This document shows positions 1 through 12,181 of a stretch of DNA of 64,000 nucleotides, in pieces; within the stretch, counting starts at the first letter, position 1, and the number at the start of each line of letters is the position of its first letter. The DNA is taken from assembly GCF_964188315.1 (NCBI RefSeq), contig NC_135673.1:12586001-12650000 (forward strand). Reading direction: 5' to 3'. The position numbers and the translations under genes were made by a program. Below the pieces are notes generated by a model. The model did not search any database. It was not told the origin of the DNA and saw nothing but the letters and a program-made list of their open reading frames with translations. The stretch is from Podarcis muralis. Its lineage: Eukaryota.

Positions 1-207
1 TTCGACCCCTGAAACCGTTCGAAAACCAAGGCGTGGATTCCGATAGGCTGCAGGAGCTTCCTGCACTCAAGTAGAAGCAGCGGAAGCCGCGTCAGACGTT
101 TGACTTCCGAAAAACGTTCACAAACCAGAACATTCACTTCCAGGTTTGCAGCAATCGGGAGCCAATTTGTTCAGGAGCCAAGCCATTTGAGTACCAAGGT
201 ACCACTG
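1..207. mobile_element. Tigger/pogo-like MITE (right part)
   Basis: Ends CCAAGGTACCACTG; related to the 10381-10603 copy. Confidence 0.75.
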
Positions 208-1999
208 AGGAGGAAAAATTGAAAGCAACTGAGAATACAATACAGCATTCAACTATCGCATATTTTAAAAAGGGAGTGAGTCAATTCAGTTCACAATAAA
301 GTCTCTCCACATGTTTATCCATAAAACAGGGGGTTTAGTGGGCTGTTTGATTAACATAGGAGAAAAACCACGTCAAATAAAGAATATCTTTTTAATGAAC
401 AGTTAGGGACTCTCCACTTAGATGTTCTGACAGTGCAATGTCCCATACTTTCACTAGCAACTTCCCTTGGGAAGTTGGACTTCTAGTGGGAGGCCACTAA
501 CAATGTGGCTGTGGCAAGAAGCATAAACCCATGAGGTTTATGCATGATGGGAGAGTTGGTACCGTGCTCCAAGGAAAGGAGCTCCAGACTGGGTCTGGTG
601 ATATTGAGGTGATAATAGAGATAGCGTCAAAAGTAGGTTCCCTTTCCCCTTTTAGTCACACTTTCATAGTTCTGCCTGGCACGCCATGTAAATTTTTAAG
701 GCTGCAATTCAGTACCCTTACCTAGAGGTGAATCCCACTGAACTCAAGTGGGACTTAGTTCTAAGTAAACATGTTTAGTGTTGCATTTTTAGGTTAATAA
801 CTGAGGATATATTTGTAAAGCTAGTTTGAAGGTGGGAATGTTCAATATACTGGTTAGTTGTGAAGTTATGTTCTGTTTCCCCCCCACACATCTAAGTTTT
901 AAACGGACAACTGTTTATGTATGCTGCTGCAATGAAAAGGTCTCGGGTAAAGTTTGTTCAGTTGTTCCTGGCTCAACTGCATGTAAAAGCAAAGGAGGAA
1001 AATGTGAAACAAGTTTCTGAGGGAAAGTAAAGTAATTTGTTTATTTTATTTTATATCCTTCTAGCAATGAACTTCCAAGTATTGAGAGTGCCTTTGTGGG
1101 CAGCAAGAGCAGCATCCCTTGGAATGTTTCAGCAGAAAATAGGCACAGGCACCATGGATTCAATCCAGGTGAAGCTCAATGATTTGATTTAAATTAAAAC
1201 GTATGGGTCCAGAAGCTCTGAACTACGCAGCAATCCCACCACACATGAAGCAGTGTTCCAGGCAGCAGAACAAATATTCCATACCTTGTAACCTGCATGA
1301 GTTGTTACTATATGAAACCAAGCAAGCAAGTGGCTAGTTACAAACCTGTCTTCAACCATCAGCAGACAGAAAAAGGCCACATTGCTACAAATATATCTAA
1401 TATGATTTTTACAGGATGAAAATCATAAATCCACAGTGAATAGTATCACTTCCATTGTATTCAAAGAGGACAAGGTATGTAACTAGAGGATAGTAGCATA
1501 ATCATAAATTTGTTCTGTCTCAAATTTTATGTGAGAGCAGATAAAGGATGGCTAATCAGCCTCTGGGACAGATGGTGCAGTAACTTTGCAATATGTAGTA
1601 AATTCTCACCACCCAGAACACAGTAATGGTTAGTATAAATTTAAGACCTCCTTTGTGGCCTGCACCAACTCCTCCAAATAAGGCAGAAGATCATCATCCA
1701 TGTTACCCTTCTCTGCATCATCTATGCTACACAACTTGACACATTACTAAACAGAGTAATGAACAACAACAAAAAAAATACAAATCTTAACATGAATCTT
1801 GTAAGTAGAAAGACAGCTATATTCCCATTTAAGATCACTCAGACCCAGGTGTTCACCTTTCTCCTAAAGTCCCTGGGGCTGTGTCTGAAGGCATATAAAG
1901 CAACCACCTTGCTGAAGCAAAGTTGAAGTTCAGTGCTAGGATGAGAGACAGTCAGGTAATCCTACATAAGCAGAATTTGCCAACCTGGCACTCTCCAGA

Positions 2000-2113
2000 G
2001 GGGCTGTGGCTCAGTGGCAGAAGGTCTCTGGTTCAATCCCTAGCATCTTCAGGTAGGTCTGGGAGAGAAACCACCCTGAATTCTTGGGAGAGCTGCTGCC
2101 AGTCAGTATAAAC
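2000..2113 (+). mobile_element. tRNA-derived SINE (related copies at about 3270-3423 -, 5289-5410 +, 26380-26575 -, 59160-59320 -, 59810-59945 +)
   Basis: GGGCTGTGGCTCAGTGG A-box and GGTTCAATCCC B-box head, then a shared body ...GCTGCCAGTCAGTGTAGACAA... Confidence 0.75.
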
Positions 2114-2429
2114 CAGGGGTCTGCAACCTTTGAGACAAAAAGAGCCACTTGGACCCGTTTCCGAAGGGAAAAAAACTGGGAGCCGCAAAACCATTGCAAC
2201 ATTTAAAACAAATATATCTCCGGAGCCGCGATCTGACAGCGGGCGGGAAGGTGACGTCGGGACGGTGCGTGACTAACATGCGACGTTACAGCCAGTACAG
2301 CGCCCGCCACAGTGGGGAGTGTCGGGGTGCACAACGCACCTCCTCCCCTCGCTAGTATCCGCCCCGGAGCCGCGGCAAAGGTGTAAAAGAGCCACATGCG
2401 GCTCCGGAGCCGCGGGTTGCTGACCCCTG
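2114..2429. mobile_element. hAT (Charlie-like) MITE nested in a SINE
   Basis: Termini CAGGGGTC.GCAACC / GGTTGCTGACCCCTG; exact 8-bp TSD GTATAAAC at 2106-2113 and 2430-2437. Confidence 0.9.
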
Positions 2430-3673
2430 GTATAAACAATGCTAAATGGCAGCTTATGTTACCTTTTGACATCATCTCCCATGTCTAAAAATGTTTGTAT
2501 GTCATGGGTGAATTCTCAAAATCACTTTCATATGAAAAAACTAGTTGCCACTTTTAAACCCCACTGCCTCCTTTGTCTGATAAGCACACATGTGAGGTTT
2601 GCCCCTTTCTTCTTGGAGAGCAATAATTTTGTTCCCTGCTTAGCATACCAGAAATATGCAAAACAAACCTCCATAACACTCTTGTGGAACTGTGGAACAT
2701 AAAATATGTTTTATCTGATAATTTTCCTGTTTGCTTTCTCCCACAAAAAGAACCATTTTGACACCCAAAATAGAGCTCCTTCTTCAAACAGACTTTGCTA
2801 CTCACCACCACCAATACCCTGAAACAATGCTGCACCCAGGGTAATGTGGGGATTGCAAAATGATGGCTAGTCTGCCAACAGAGCTGGACTCCCTCAGGTG
2901 GAAGGTTGGGATAGAAACAGATTAAATAAAATGAATTTGCAAATAAATAAAAAAAGCCATGATGCTTCAAACGAGAACTCATGCCCACAATAAACTGGGA
3001 TAATTTCTCCTCCCCACGCCTCATAATTTTTGGCAAAATGGTACCGCCTCATTTTACTGCCTGCAAACAGGAAGGGATAATTTCACTATTGGGATGGGAT
3101 AATTAGCTTTTATGCCTGAGTGTCTAACACTGCTTCCAACTTGTAGCCACCTAAGACACATCCATCTAGTATTTATGGACCCACTGCCTGTGTACATGGA
3201 GGCTCCAGGGGGTTATAATGGCTTTGATCATTTGAAGCTACCTTAAAAGAGAGTCTGGTCATTGGCCCATCAAGCATAATACTACCTGCTCTGACTGGCA
3301 GCAGCTCTTCAACATCTCAGCCAGCATGTCCCGTTTCTCCCCCCGTGCCCAATATGATCTGCTGGAGATTGAACTGGGATGCCCTGCATTCAAACATAGT
3401 GTTTGCCACTGAACTACAGCACCTGCCTCATCCACAGGTTTATCTTCCATGATTTTAGAAATAAAGCTATCTAAGCCAGAGGTTGCCAATCACCCACCAC
3501 ACGCTGTGGCCCTGAATTCCTTACATTAATTACGCACAGTGTGAAGCAGTACTTCCTTCTGTCCACTCTGAACCTACCAGAGATTGATTTTGTGAACCTG
3601 CCTGATTCTGAGCCAGACCATGACCCCATCTATGCCAAACTACTGTCATCTCAGATGGGAAGAAACTCTACTA

Positions 3674-3935
3674 CGGTGGTACCTCGGGATGCGAACAGGA
3701 TCCATTCTGGAGCCCCATTCGCATACTGAATAGAACTTAAAACGCGGCAGCGGATTGGCGCGTCTGTGCGTGCGGCGTTTTGCCGCTTCCACGCATGTGC
3801 ATGACGTCATTTTGAGCGTCTGCACATGCACGAGCGCTGAAACCCGGAAGTAACACACTCCGTTACTTCCGGGTTGCAGCGGAGTGCAACCTGAAAGCGC
3901 TCAACCTGAAGCACATTCAAACCAAGGTATGACTG
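3674..3935. mobile_element. Tigger/pogo-like MITE, asymmetric ends
   Basis: TA TSD; left CGGTGGTACCTCGG, right CCAAGGTATGACTG. Confidence 0.85.
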
Positions 3936-5399
3936 TATCTCAGCCAGAATTTTCTCTTTTTGGGGGAAGTGCTTTGAGCTTTATTACCTAGAAATTAAGA
4001 ACTAGAAATTAAGAACACATTCTCTCCCTCTCTCCAGCAGCCCCCATCATTACCACCACCCTCCAATTTGGAGGACTCTTCTACCCCACACTTTTTCTTC
4101 AGAGCCTTACAAGTTTAAGGTTGGAGGAAAATTCCTTTTCTGCAACAAGAAGAGGAGGGAAATATGTCATAGAACAACACAGCAGGGGACAATCCTAACT
4201 GGCAAAGAGAAAATATTCTGACTTTAGACTAAAGTGGGGGTAGAGGCACAATGAGTAGTATAAGTTAGTTGAAATATAGATGAAAACTATAAACACATAA
4301 GGGAGGGAAGGAATGCTCTGACCTGAGAATTAAACTGAGGGAGGACACCGAGAACAGGATGCTGGGACTAGACTGTGTGATGGCCTGAAGCAGATTCTTC
4401 ACACAGCAGGGATGAGGAACCTATGGCCCTCCAGGTGTTCTTGAACTACAACTCTCATCATCACTCACCACCAGTACAGTTGGCTAGGGGTTGATGGGAA
4501 CTGGAGTTCAACAACAAGAGGACCACAAGGTATGGTGTTGGTTGTAGGGCCTGAGAGGGAAAGGAGGGGATGTCAATGCAAAATATGGAGGAGGGACGCC
4601 TAACTTGTGGCAGAGGAAGGACATATAAGAGCTAAATTACTTCTGAGATAAATGCATATAGGTCAAGGTGTAACCTGATCAGAAGTTGAAAGGATGGGGT
4701 AAGCAAATGCAAAATGTAAGGAAAGCAGGTTGTATGTGTGTCAGTGCAACAGTGGCAAGAATTGACAAAGTGAGGAAAAAATAGCCTGCCTTTAAGCTAA
4801 AGGGGCTGTAGACTGGGGGGGTGGGGTGGTAGGATGCAATGTCAATGGTGTGAATAGTCTGACCAGACACTGAAAGGGTAAGGAATAAGACGTGCATGGC
4901 TTTATATATATATATAAAAAGAGGCAAGGCCAGGTGGCTGCTATCTTTGCAAAATTGGGGGCGGGGTGGGGAAGCTGACAATCACGAGGTGGGATAGGAA
5001 CACCTTGATTGTCGGCTGAAAGGGGAGAGGGCGTAGTCTAGGTGAGAGGACGGGAAGCCAATGCAAAATATGGAGAGGGGAGATAAAATAGGCGGTCACG
5101 TGCAAGCTGTAAAGAAGGCAATGCAAAAAATAATAATGGGGTGGGGTTGGGGACAGAAGTATCTTGAATTTAGGCTGAAGGGAGGAGTGTAGGGAGGTAG
5201 GGGGGGGGGGGAGAAAACGTAAAGGGATGCCAAAGCGAAATATGGGGCGTGCGGGACAGCGGAGAGGAAAACGACACGGCGGGGCTTTAGGGGCCGTTCG
5301 CTTAGTGGCAGAGCACCCTCCCCGCGTGCAGAAGGTCCCGGGTTCAACCCCCCAGAGCTACTGCCAGCCAGTGTAGACAACACTGAGGTGGTTGGGCTC

Positions 5400-6010
5400 G
5401 GCGTAAGGTTGAGATAAAGCGGGGCGGGGTGGGCTGCTGCTGCCGTCGCCGCAAACTAGACCAGGTCCGCCCCTTCTTTTGCCCAGGCCGGACTCTGCAC
5501 CCATTGTGCGCCTCTTATCCCCCCCCCAACTTTGCCAGCCCCACCTCGGGCAGCCCCCTCACGGCAGGGCCCGGCGCTGCGAGAGGGCGGGCAGGACTAC
5601 TGCGAGGAGGGGGGACGGCCTGATACGGGCCTTACCCAGCCTATGGGGACCAACCTGTGAGGCGAAGCCGCCGCCGCCGCCGCTGCCTGGGTCTCTCCGG
5701 GGTCCGCCGCCCTGCGCGAGCTCCTTCCAGCAGGGCCGCCGCCGCCGCCGCCAAACCAAGACGCTCCTTCACTCTCCCTCTCGCTTCCCAAGCCAGAGAC
5801 TGCGCATGCGGGATAGAGGGGAGCGCCCTGGAGTGGCTGGTATAAATACTGTCGTCCTGGGAAGGAAGGGTGCTCGCCACCTGCGTAGCCAGCAGGGGGC
5901 AGTGGCGGCGGCAGCTGCAGCAAGGGCGTTGAATTGCTTTTGAAGTGCAGTCACTCAAAGGAGAAGGGGCGGGACGCCACGCCCCGAAGGCGGGGAAACT
6001 GTTTCGTCCT
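5400..6010. promoter_or_regulatory. CpG island / promoter, probably of GAPVD1 (transcribed on minus strand)
   Basis: Dense CpG and (GCC)n runs; NRF1-like TGCGCATGCG at 5801-5810; TATAAATA at 5841-5848. Confidence 0.75.
5636..5790 (-). other. GAPVD1: Probable non-coding first exon of GAPVD1 (TSS approximate)
   Basis: Minus-strand donor TGG|GTAAGG (intron starts 5635) inside the CpG island. Identity rests on conserved synteny (GAPVD1 lies head-to-head with HSPA5 in mammals); no GAPVD1 coding exon was recognised in the window. Confidence 0.55.
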
Positions 6011-6744
6011 CCGGAGTTCTTGCTACCTTCGTTCATTGTTTTCATTCATTTATACGTACCCCGCTTTTCTCCCTGAAAGGGACTCGAGGCGACTTACAGT
6101 TAAAACAGGAACAGCTAAAAACATTGGGGAGGGAAACAATTAAACAATAACAGAATTTAAATTATCTGTATGTATAACAGCTAAATTTTAATAGAATTAA
6201 AACACATGCTATAAATAAGGGGGTTAGTTAGAGGGGGCTGTACAATATTTAGGAGAGGGGGATGCTGCGATTTCACATCGGGCTACTATTTCAGTGTTCT
6301 GTGTGTTTTGATGTTGTACTCGCCCGCCCTGGGGCCTATGGGGTGGAAAGATGGGCAATAAATTATAATGGCAGAACTTTTTTTTATTATTATTCACTGG
6401 AGTATTTTGCTAAGCTTTCTTTGCTCCCCCCCATCCCCCCCCTTTTTTTAATCATGTCAAATTAAGACAGGGACTACCTTAGCTTTTAATACTCTGATCA
6501 TTTGTACAGTTGTTGTTTTTTAAGTCCTCACTACATCTGTATCCATACCTTTCCTTCTTGTGGTCCCCCTGCCAAAAAAACCACTCTGTCTTTACAACAG
6601 ACCTGTGACATAGGTTAGTGCTGAGAGCGTGTGCCTAGTTCAAAGTGAGTTTCCGGGCTGAACCATGATTTGAACCAAGGTCTCCCAGGTCTTAACCCAA
6701 CACCATAATCACCATACCACACTGGCTCTCATACACCATTGCTG

Positions 6745-8460
6745 CTTGTCATGCAATCTACATTCCCAGGGGAGCTGAAGGAAGCAGTGGTGTGTCCGCT
6801 CTTAAATAAAACTTCATTAGATCCTTTAGATCTATCCAATTACCGCCCAGTTTCGAATCTTCCGTATCTGGGTAAGGTGATTGAGAAAGCGGTTGCTGAA
6901 CAGCTTGGCAGGTTTCTGGAGGGAACATCAGATTTAGATCCATTTCAGTCCGGTTTCCATTCTGGTTTCGGGACTGAGACAGCTCTGGTCGCCCTAACAG
7001 ATGATCTCCATAGACAACTGGATCAAGGCGGGTCGGGACTGCTGATTCTCTTAGATCTGTCAGCAGCCTTTGATATGGTCGATCATGATCTTCTGGACCA
7101 CCGCCTCGCAGACGTGGGGATACAGGGCACAGCCCGACAATGGCTGTGCTCTTTTATCTCTGGTTGCAGACAGAGGGTGGCACTAGGGAGGGAAATGTCG
7201 TCGCGCCATTCCTTGGTGTGTGGTGCCACAGGGCGCAATTCTCTCCCCGATGCTTTTAAACATCTTTATGCGCCCCCTTGCCCAGATTGTCCGGAGCTTT
7301 GGGCTGGGTTGTCACCAATATGTTGATGACACTCAGCTCTATCTGCTGATGGATGGCCACACCGACTCGGCCCCGAACACACTGACCAGATGCTTGGAGG
7401 CTGTGGTGGGTGGTTTTGTGGGAGTCGATTGAAACTAAATCCTTCAAAGACAGAGGTCCTATGGCTAGGTCGGGATGGCATGGGGATGAGGGACCAACTC
7501 CCTTCTCTTGCGGGGGCCCAATTAGTGCCAGTGCCTTCTGTTAAGAGTTTGGATGTAATCCTTGACACCTCCCTTTCCATGGAGGCGCAAGTTACAGCAA
7601 CAGCTAAGGCGACATTTTTCCATCTTCGCCACATTAAGCAGTTGTTCCCTTACCTTTCCCGCCCTGATCTGGTCACAGTGATCCATGCGATGGTCACCTC
7701 CAGGCTTGACTACTGTAATTCGCTCTACACGGGACTGCCCTTGAAACAGTCCCACAAACTCCAGCAGGTGCAGAATACTGCCGTGAGGCTCCTCATGGGG
7801 TCTCTGCCATGGGAGCATATTCACCCAGTGCTTTACCAGTTGCACTGGCTCCCGGTGGAGTATAGGGTCAGGTTCAAGGTGCTGGTCTTGACCTTTAAAG
7901 CCCTTTGCGGCTTAGGGCCCTTGTATCTATGGGACCGCCTCTCCTGGTATGCCCCGCAGAGGACCTTAAGGTCCATGAATAACCATAGTTTAGAGGTCCC
8001 GGGCCCTAAAGAAGTCAAACTATCCTCCACCAGGGCCAGGGCCTTTTCAGTGATGGCTCCAACCTGGTGAAATGCTCTTTCCCATGAGACTAGGTGCCTT
8101 CAGGATTTAATCTCCTTCTGTTGGGCCTATAAGACAGAGCTATTCCACCTGGCCTTTAATTTGAATTCAGCCTGATCTTTTATTTTCCTTTCTATTCCCT
8201 CCCCCTCCCCTTTTATGAAGATCACCCACTCTGAGACCCCACAGCTAATTCTCCCCTGGCCTCCTCACTGGCCCAAATAGGACCAATTCAGCCAGCTAGC
8301 CCTGGGGATTATCTAACTGATTTTTTATTTTTATACTGTATTTTATGCTGCTTTTATAATTAACTGTTTTAAAGTGTTTTAAATTTGTTGTTAGCTGCCC
8401 TGAGCCCAGTTTTTGAACTGGGAAGGATGGAGTATAAATAAATTATTATTATTATTATTA
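6745..8460 (+). mobile_element. 5'-truncated L2-clade LINE (degenerate reverse transcriptase plus 3' end)
   Basis: RT motifs PFQSGF..GTETAL, LDLSAAFD, VPQGAILSP, CHQYVDDTQLY, SRLDYCN split across three frames (6739, 7220, 7390); (ATT)n tail at about 8441-8460. Confidence 0.88.
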
Positions 8461-8817
8461 CATCTGCTGAAATTCCCTCTTCTGTTAAAGCTCTGTCCTC
8501 TTTTCCATCTGACCAGTCTAGTTACATTTCATTCTGACCTTATCAAAAGGCAAGCAGGGTTCCTGGGGATGATCTTAAAGCTCAGCTTCGCCCATGTGAG
8601 TGCAATCTGTCTTTCAAATAACCAGGTGTGAAATTCCTCCACTATAGATAACACCTGCTTCAAACATGACAACATTCCCTGAAAGGAAAAATCTAGCACT
8701 TCAGGGAGAAAGGTGCTAGCACTTTTTAGAGTGCTAGATTGTAGTTAATGCAAGTAGTTCATGCATGCATTTTATTCTGTGAACCACCCTAAGACCCCCA
8801 GGCATAGGGCAGTAGAA

Positions 8818-8844
8818 CAACAGCAACAACAACAACAACAACAA
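8818..8844. repeat. (CAA)n microsatellite
   Basis: Read directly from sequence. Confidence 0.9.
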
Positions 8845-8851
8845 TGTGTTA

Positions 8852-9018
8852 CAGTCATACCTCGGGTTACAGATACTTCAGGTTGTGTTTTTTTTCGGTT
8901 TACGGACGCACCAAAACCCAGAAGTACCGGAAGGGGTTACTTCTGGGTTCCGACAGTCACGCATGCATAGAAGCGCCAAATCACGCATGGATCACCTTCG
9001 CAACCCGAGCGTCCACTG
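8852..9018. mobile_element. Tigger/pogo-like MITE, asymmetric ends
   Basis: TA TSD; left CAGTCATACCTCGG, right CCGAGCGTCCACTG. Confidence 0.85.
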
Positions 9019-9081
9019 TACTTTAAAAGTGCCTGAATGAGGACACTTTTTGTCTAATGATCTAGCCAACCTCTGCTTGTA

Positions 9082-9342
9082 CAGTGGTACCTCGGGATGC
9101 GAACGGGATCCGTTCCTGAGCCCCGTTCGCATCCCGAACAGAACGTAAGATGCAACAGGGCGTCTGTGCGTGCGCGGGTTGTGTTTCGCCACTTCTGCAC
9201 ATGCGCGTGACGTCATTTTGACCATCTGCACATGCGCTCCGTGGCGAAACCCAGAAGTAATGCGCTCCGTTACTTGCAGGTCGCTGCGGACCGCAGCCCG
9301 AAAGCGCTCAACCTGAAGCGTATTTATCCCGAGGTATGACTC
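9082..9342. mobile_element. Tigger/pogo-like MITE, same family as 3674-3935
   Basis: TA TSD; left CAGTGGTACCTCGG, right CCGAGGTATGACTC. Confidence 0.85.
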
Positions 9343-10380
9343 TATCTCTTAAATTAGGTCCTCCCCTAAAAGCTGAGCCCCTTTGTTGTTCTCCCCAACT
9401 TGTTGATGTCTGCTATTTCTCTCATTCTCTGTAACTGTAACTAGTTTATGCATTAATAAAGCCTTTGAACTCCAGAAACTTGTAACTAATTGTTCCAATC
9501 TAATTCACTCAAGCTGCAAGGTCTGCTAACAATGGTGAAGAATTATATCTTGAGATTTTAACATTCCTACTTGAGATTTCCACTGGCCTGGGGACAATGA
9601 ATATCTCAATAGGGATCAGAAAGGTGTGTTTTAAAACTTCAAATGGAAACCGTGAGTCTGCCAAAAAGGCAACACCCATCACAGCACAGCTACAAATGAT
9701 GGCTCTCTTGCTAAGATGCATCCAAAAATAATTTGGTATGTATTCAACTTTGGTTCTTCCACAGTATGCAGGGTTAGGGGCAAGGCAGCACACAATTGTG
9801 GTGTTTGTTTGTTTGCTTGCTTGCTTGCTTGCTTGCCTGCCTGCTTTTTGGTGCCAGTTTTGCGGACAAGGAAATAAGAGCAGAGTTGGAACAGATCTCA
9901 AAGATCTAGTCCAACCCCATCGACGCAGGAAATCTGCTGATACAGTTGGTGGCCATCTAGCATCTACCTAAAGAACTCTTAACAAAAGAGAGTTTGACAC
10001 CTTCCAAAGCAATCTGTTCCACTGTTGAACCATTAGTAACATCTGGAAAATACCTTTTAATGTCTGGCCAAAATCACAGCCCCAGATGCATACATCAGAA
10101 CAAGTTCTCTTTTTCCCTCACATCACAATAAGCCAGACTTTCTGGCTCATTGTGGTTTATTGTGAATAAGCAGTGTGCTGAAACATGCAGCTCACTTCAC
10201 TCCTCCCCTGGTACAAATAAGGTAAATGCACCCAGATGCCTTGGCATCTAGCTACATCCGAACCAGGAATCAGAGCTTCTTGCTCCCTGGAAAGTCATGG
10301 TCGCTAGCTATGGTTTGCTGTTGGCTTCCTGATCATGGTTTGTGAAAGGGCAATGGACCATTATTCATGGTTTGGATGTA

Positions 10381-10603
10381 CAGTGGTTCCTTGGTTTTCA
10401 AACATAATCTATTCCAGAAGACCATTCGAGTCCCGAAACATTCGATAACCAAAAACTCAATATGGAAAACTCAATACGGAAGCCGCATGGCATGTTTGAC
10501 TTCTAAAAAGTGTTCGAAAACCAAAGCACTTACTTCCGGGTTTACAGTGTTCCAAAACCAAAATGTTCATCAATGGAGACGTTCGTAAACCAATATACCA
10601 CTG
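10381..10603. mobile_element. Tigger/pogo-like MITE
   Basis: TA TSD; CAGTGGT…ACCACTG termini. Confidence 0.8.
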
Positions 10604-10611
10604 TAACAGGG

Positions 10612-11230
10612 TGTGATGGCCTGTGGCTCGGGCTCGGGCTTGGAACCGGAGGAGTCTCAGTCTGCACCAGATCCTCTGCCTCAGGTGGCATCTGAACCGA
10701 GTCTGGGGCCTGATTCTGAAGAGCCCCAGTCTGCACAGGTTCCCCTGCAACATGCACCAGCTGAGCTGAGTCAGGGACCTGAGCCTGCCCTGGCTCCAGA
10801 TGCGGGGATTACCTCGTTGCCTTTGGCTGAGCAATCACTTACAGCTGCTGCACTACCAGTTGGGTCAGGAGTGACTGAGGCGGACTCTGGGTCTAGTAAC
10901 CCACCGACATCTCCCGAGCTGCAGAGACTGAGGTCTGAGAGAAGGAGAGACCTGAGTACTCGCAGGAGGAGTGCTCACCTTTGGGTGAGACAGGGAGGTG
11001 AGTCACTGGGGGCTCAGGACCAGCTGTTACCCCGACAGAGATAAAAGGCTGCTGGACCCCACCCCAGGTTGCGGGAGCAACGTTGCTGTTTGCCAGAACC
11101 AGCCTGAGACCCCGTGCCTGACCTTACCTGGTTTCCTGCCTCGTGTCCTGCCTTGGCCCTGTCAGACTGACTCCTCACGGAACCCTTGGATTTGGGACCG
11201 GACCTGGACCGCATTGCCCAGCAAACAGGA
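10612..11230 (+). mobile_element. Probable Gypsy-type LTR (3' boundary uncertain)
   Basis: Starts TGTGATGG; GC-rich low-complexity Pro/Glu/Ser pseudo-ORF, then an ATAAAAGG TATA-like motif and a pyrimidine-rich U5-like part; no TSD found. Confidence 0.5.
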
Positions 11231-12181
11231 AGTGAGGGCAGGGCCAGAGGCAAAAGCGAGTAGAATAACAGGCATGTGCAAAAGTCAAAAATTTCTACAC
11301 ATGCACACTTCCACCCAGAGAAGAAAGAGGCAATGTCATAGTTCAATGACATATTCCAGCCAGGCAAAAAAAACATTCAAGGGTAGTGGAGACAGGAAGG
11401 GCGTGGAAGGAAGTTATTCATACCAGCAAAATAGTATGGAGACTGTATTTGGCTCCTGACCCTGAGGCTCCCCACCCTGACTTCAGGACTAATCATAATT
11501 ATATCTTACATCTGAACAGTAGGTAGAACTGAAGCCATAGAAGCTGGGTGTGAGTTGTACATTCTCTGACTCCATTGCGTTCCACTTCTGAAATCAGTGA
11601 GCTGCTCTGTGCACATTTCCACACCCATTTTCCCTCTCCCCAAAATTATAAAAGATCCCCATGTGGGGTCTCAGGAAAAGCCACAGAGGCCTGTTCTTGT
11701 CCTGGTTCCCCCCCCCCCCTAACTGATGCCATTTTGCTTCTGTGAAAACTGCCTGCTTTAGAATTTAGGAGGATGAGCCACAAATATGTGAAGACCATTT
11801 AATGTTGCTAGGCGATTTTCAGGAAAACCTCCCTCTGCCAGGCAATTCTCCCCTTCAAGGTATCCAGGAAGGGTGTCCTGTTTTGATCAGCGCAAGGAAC
11901 CTCGAAAGGGCGGAAAGAAGGGGGGGGGGGGATGCCTATAAAAAGTAAGAAGAAAGGTTGTTTGGTGCAGCTTCATCATCACACTAGTGAGTGTGGCTCC
12001 CCTGCTGCTTTACTCAGCTGAATAAATGAGTGATTATGGGAATCTCCTCTGTCTATGGCATTTATTGGCTTTTCAGTGACCAAGGCAGTTTGGGCCCAAT
12101 TAGTTGACCCCAACACCCATTCCTCAACAGTTCCCATCTTGATACTTGCTTTATATAGTATTTTATTAGTGCCTGCTAAGG

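Noticed and set aside
1053-1061. ATATCCTTC as a U12 donor
   Set aside because: It lies in an AT-rich pyrimidine tract with no upstream exon; probably chance.
5289-5410. tRNA genes (also at 2000, 40440, 44327, 59810)
   Set aside because: A/B boxes are present, but the heads are degenerate, run into shared SINE bodies and do not form a complete cloverleaf.
5429-6045. Overlapping GC-rich ORFs in the CpG island
   Set aside because: Ala/Arg/Pro-rich frames are expected from stop-poor GC sequence and (GCC)n runs; no homology recognised.
6739-8070. Active reverse transcriptase or novel retro-system
   Set aside because: Frameshifted, 5'-truncated L2 LINE remnant with no endonuclease domain.
10613-11044. 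143-aa Pro/Glu/Ser-rich ORF
   Set aside because: Low complexity, starts at a non-ATG codon, and lies inside an LTR-like repeat; no splice or homology support.
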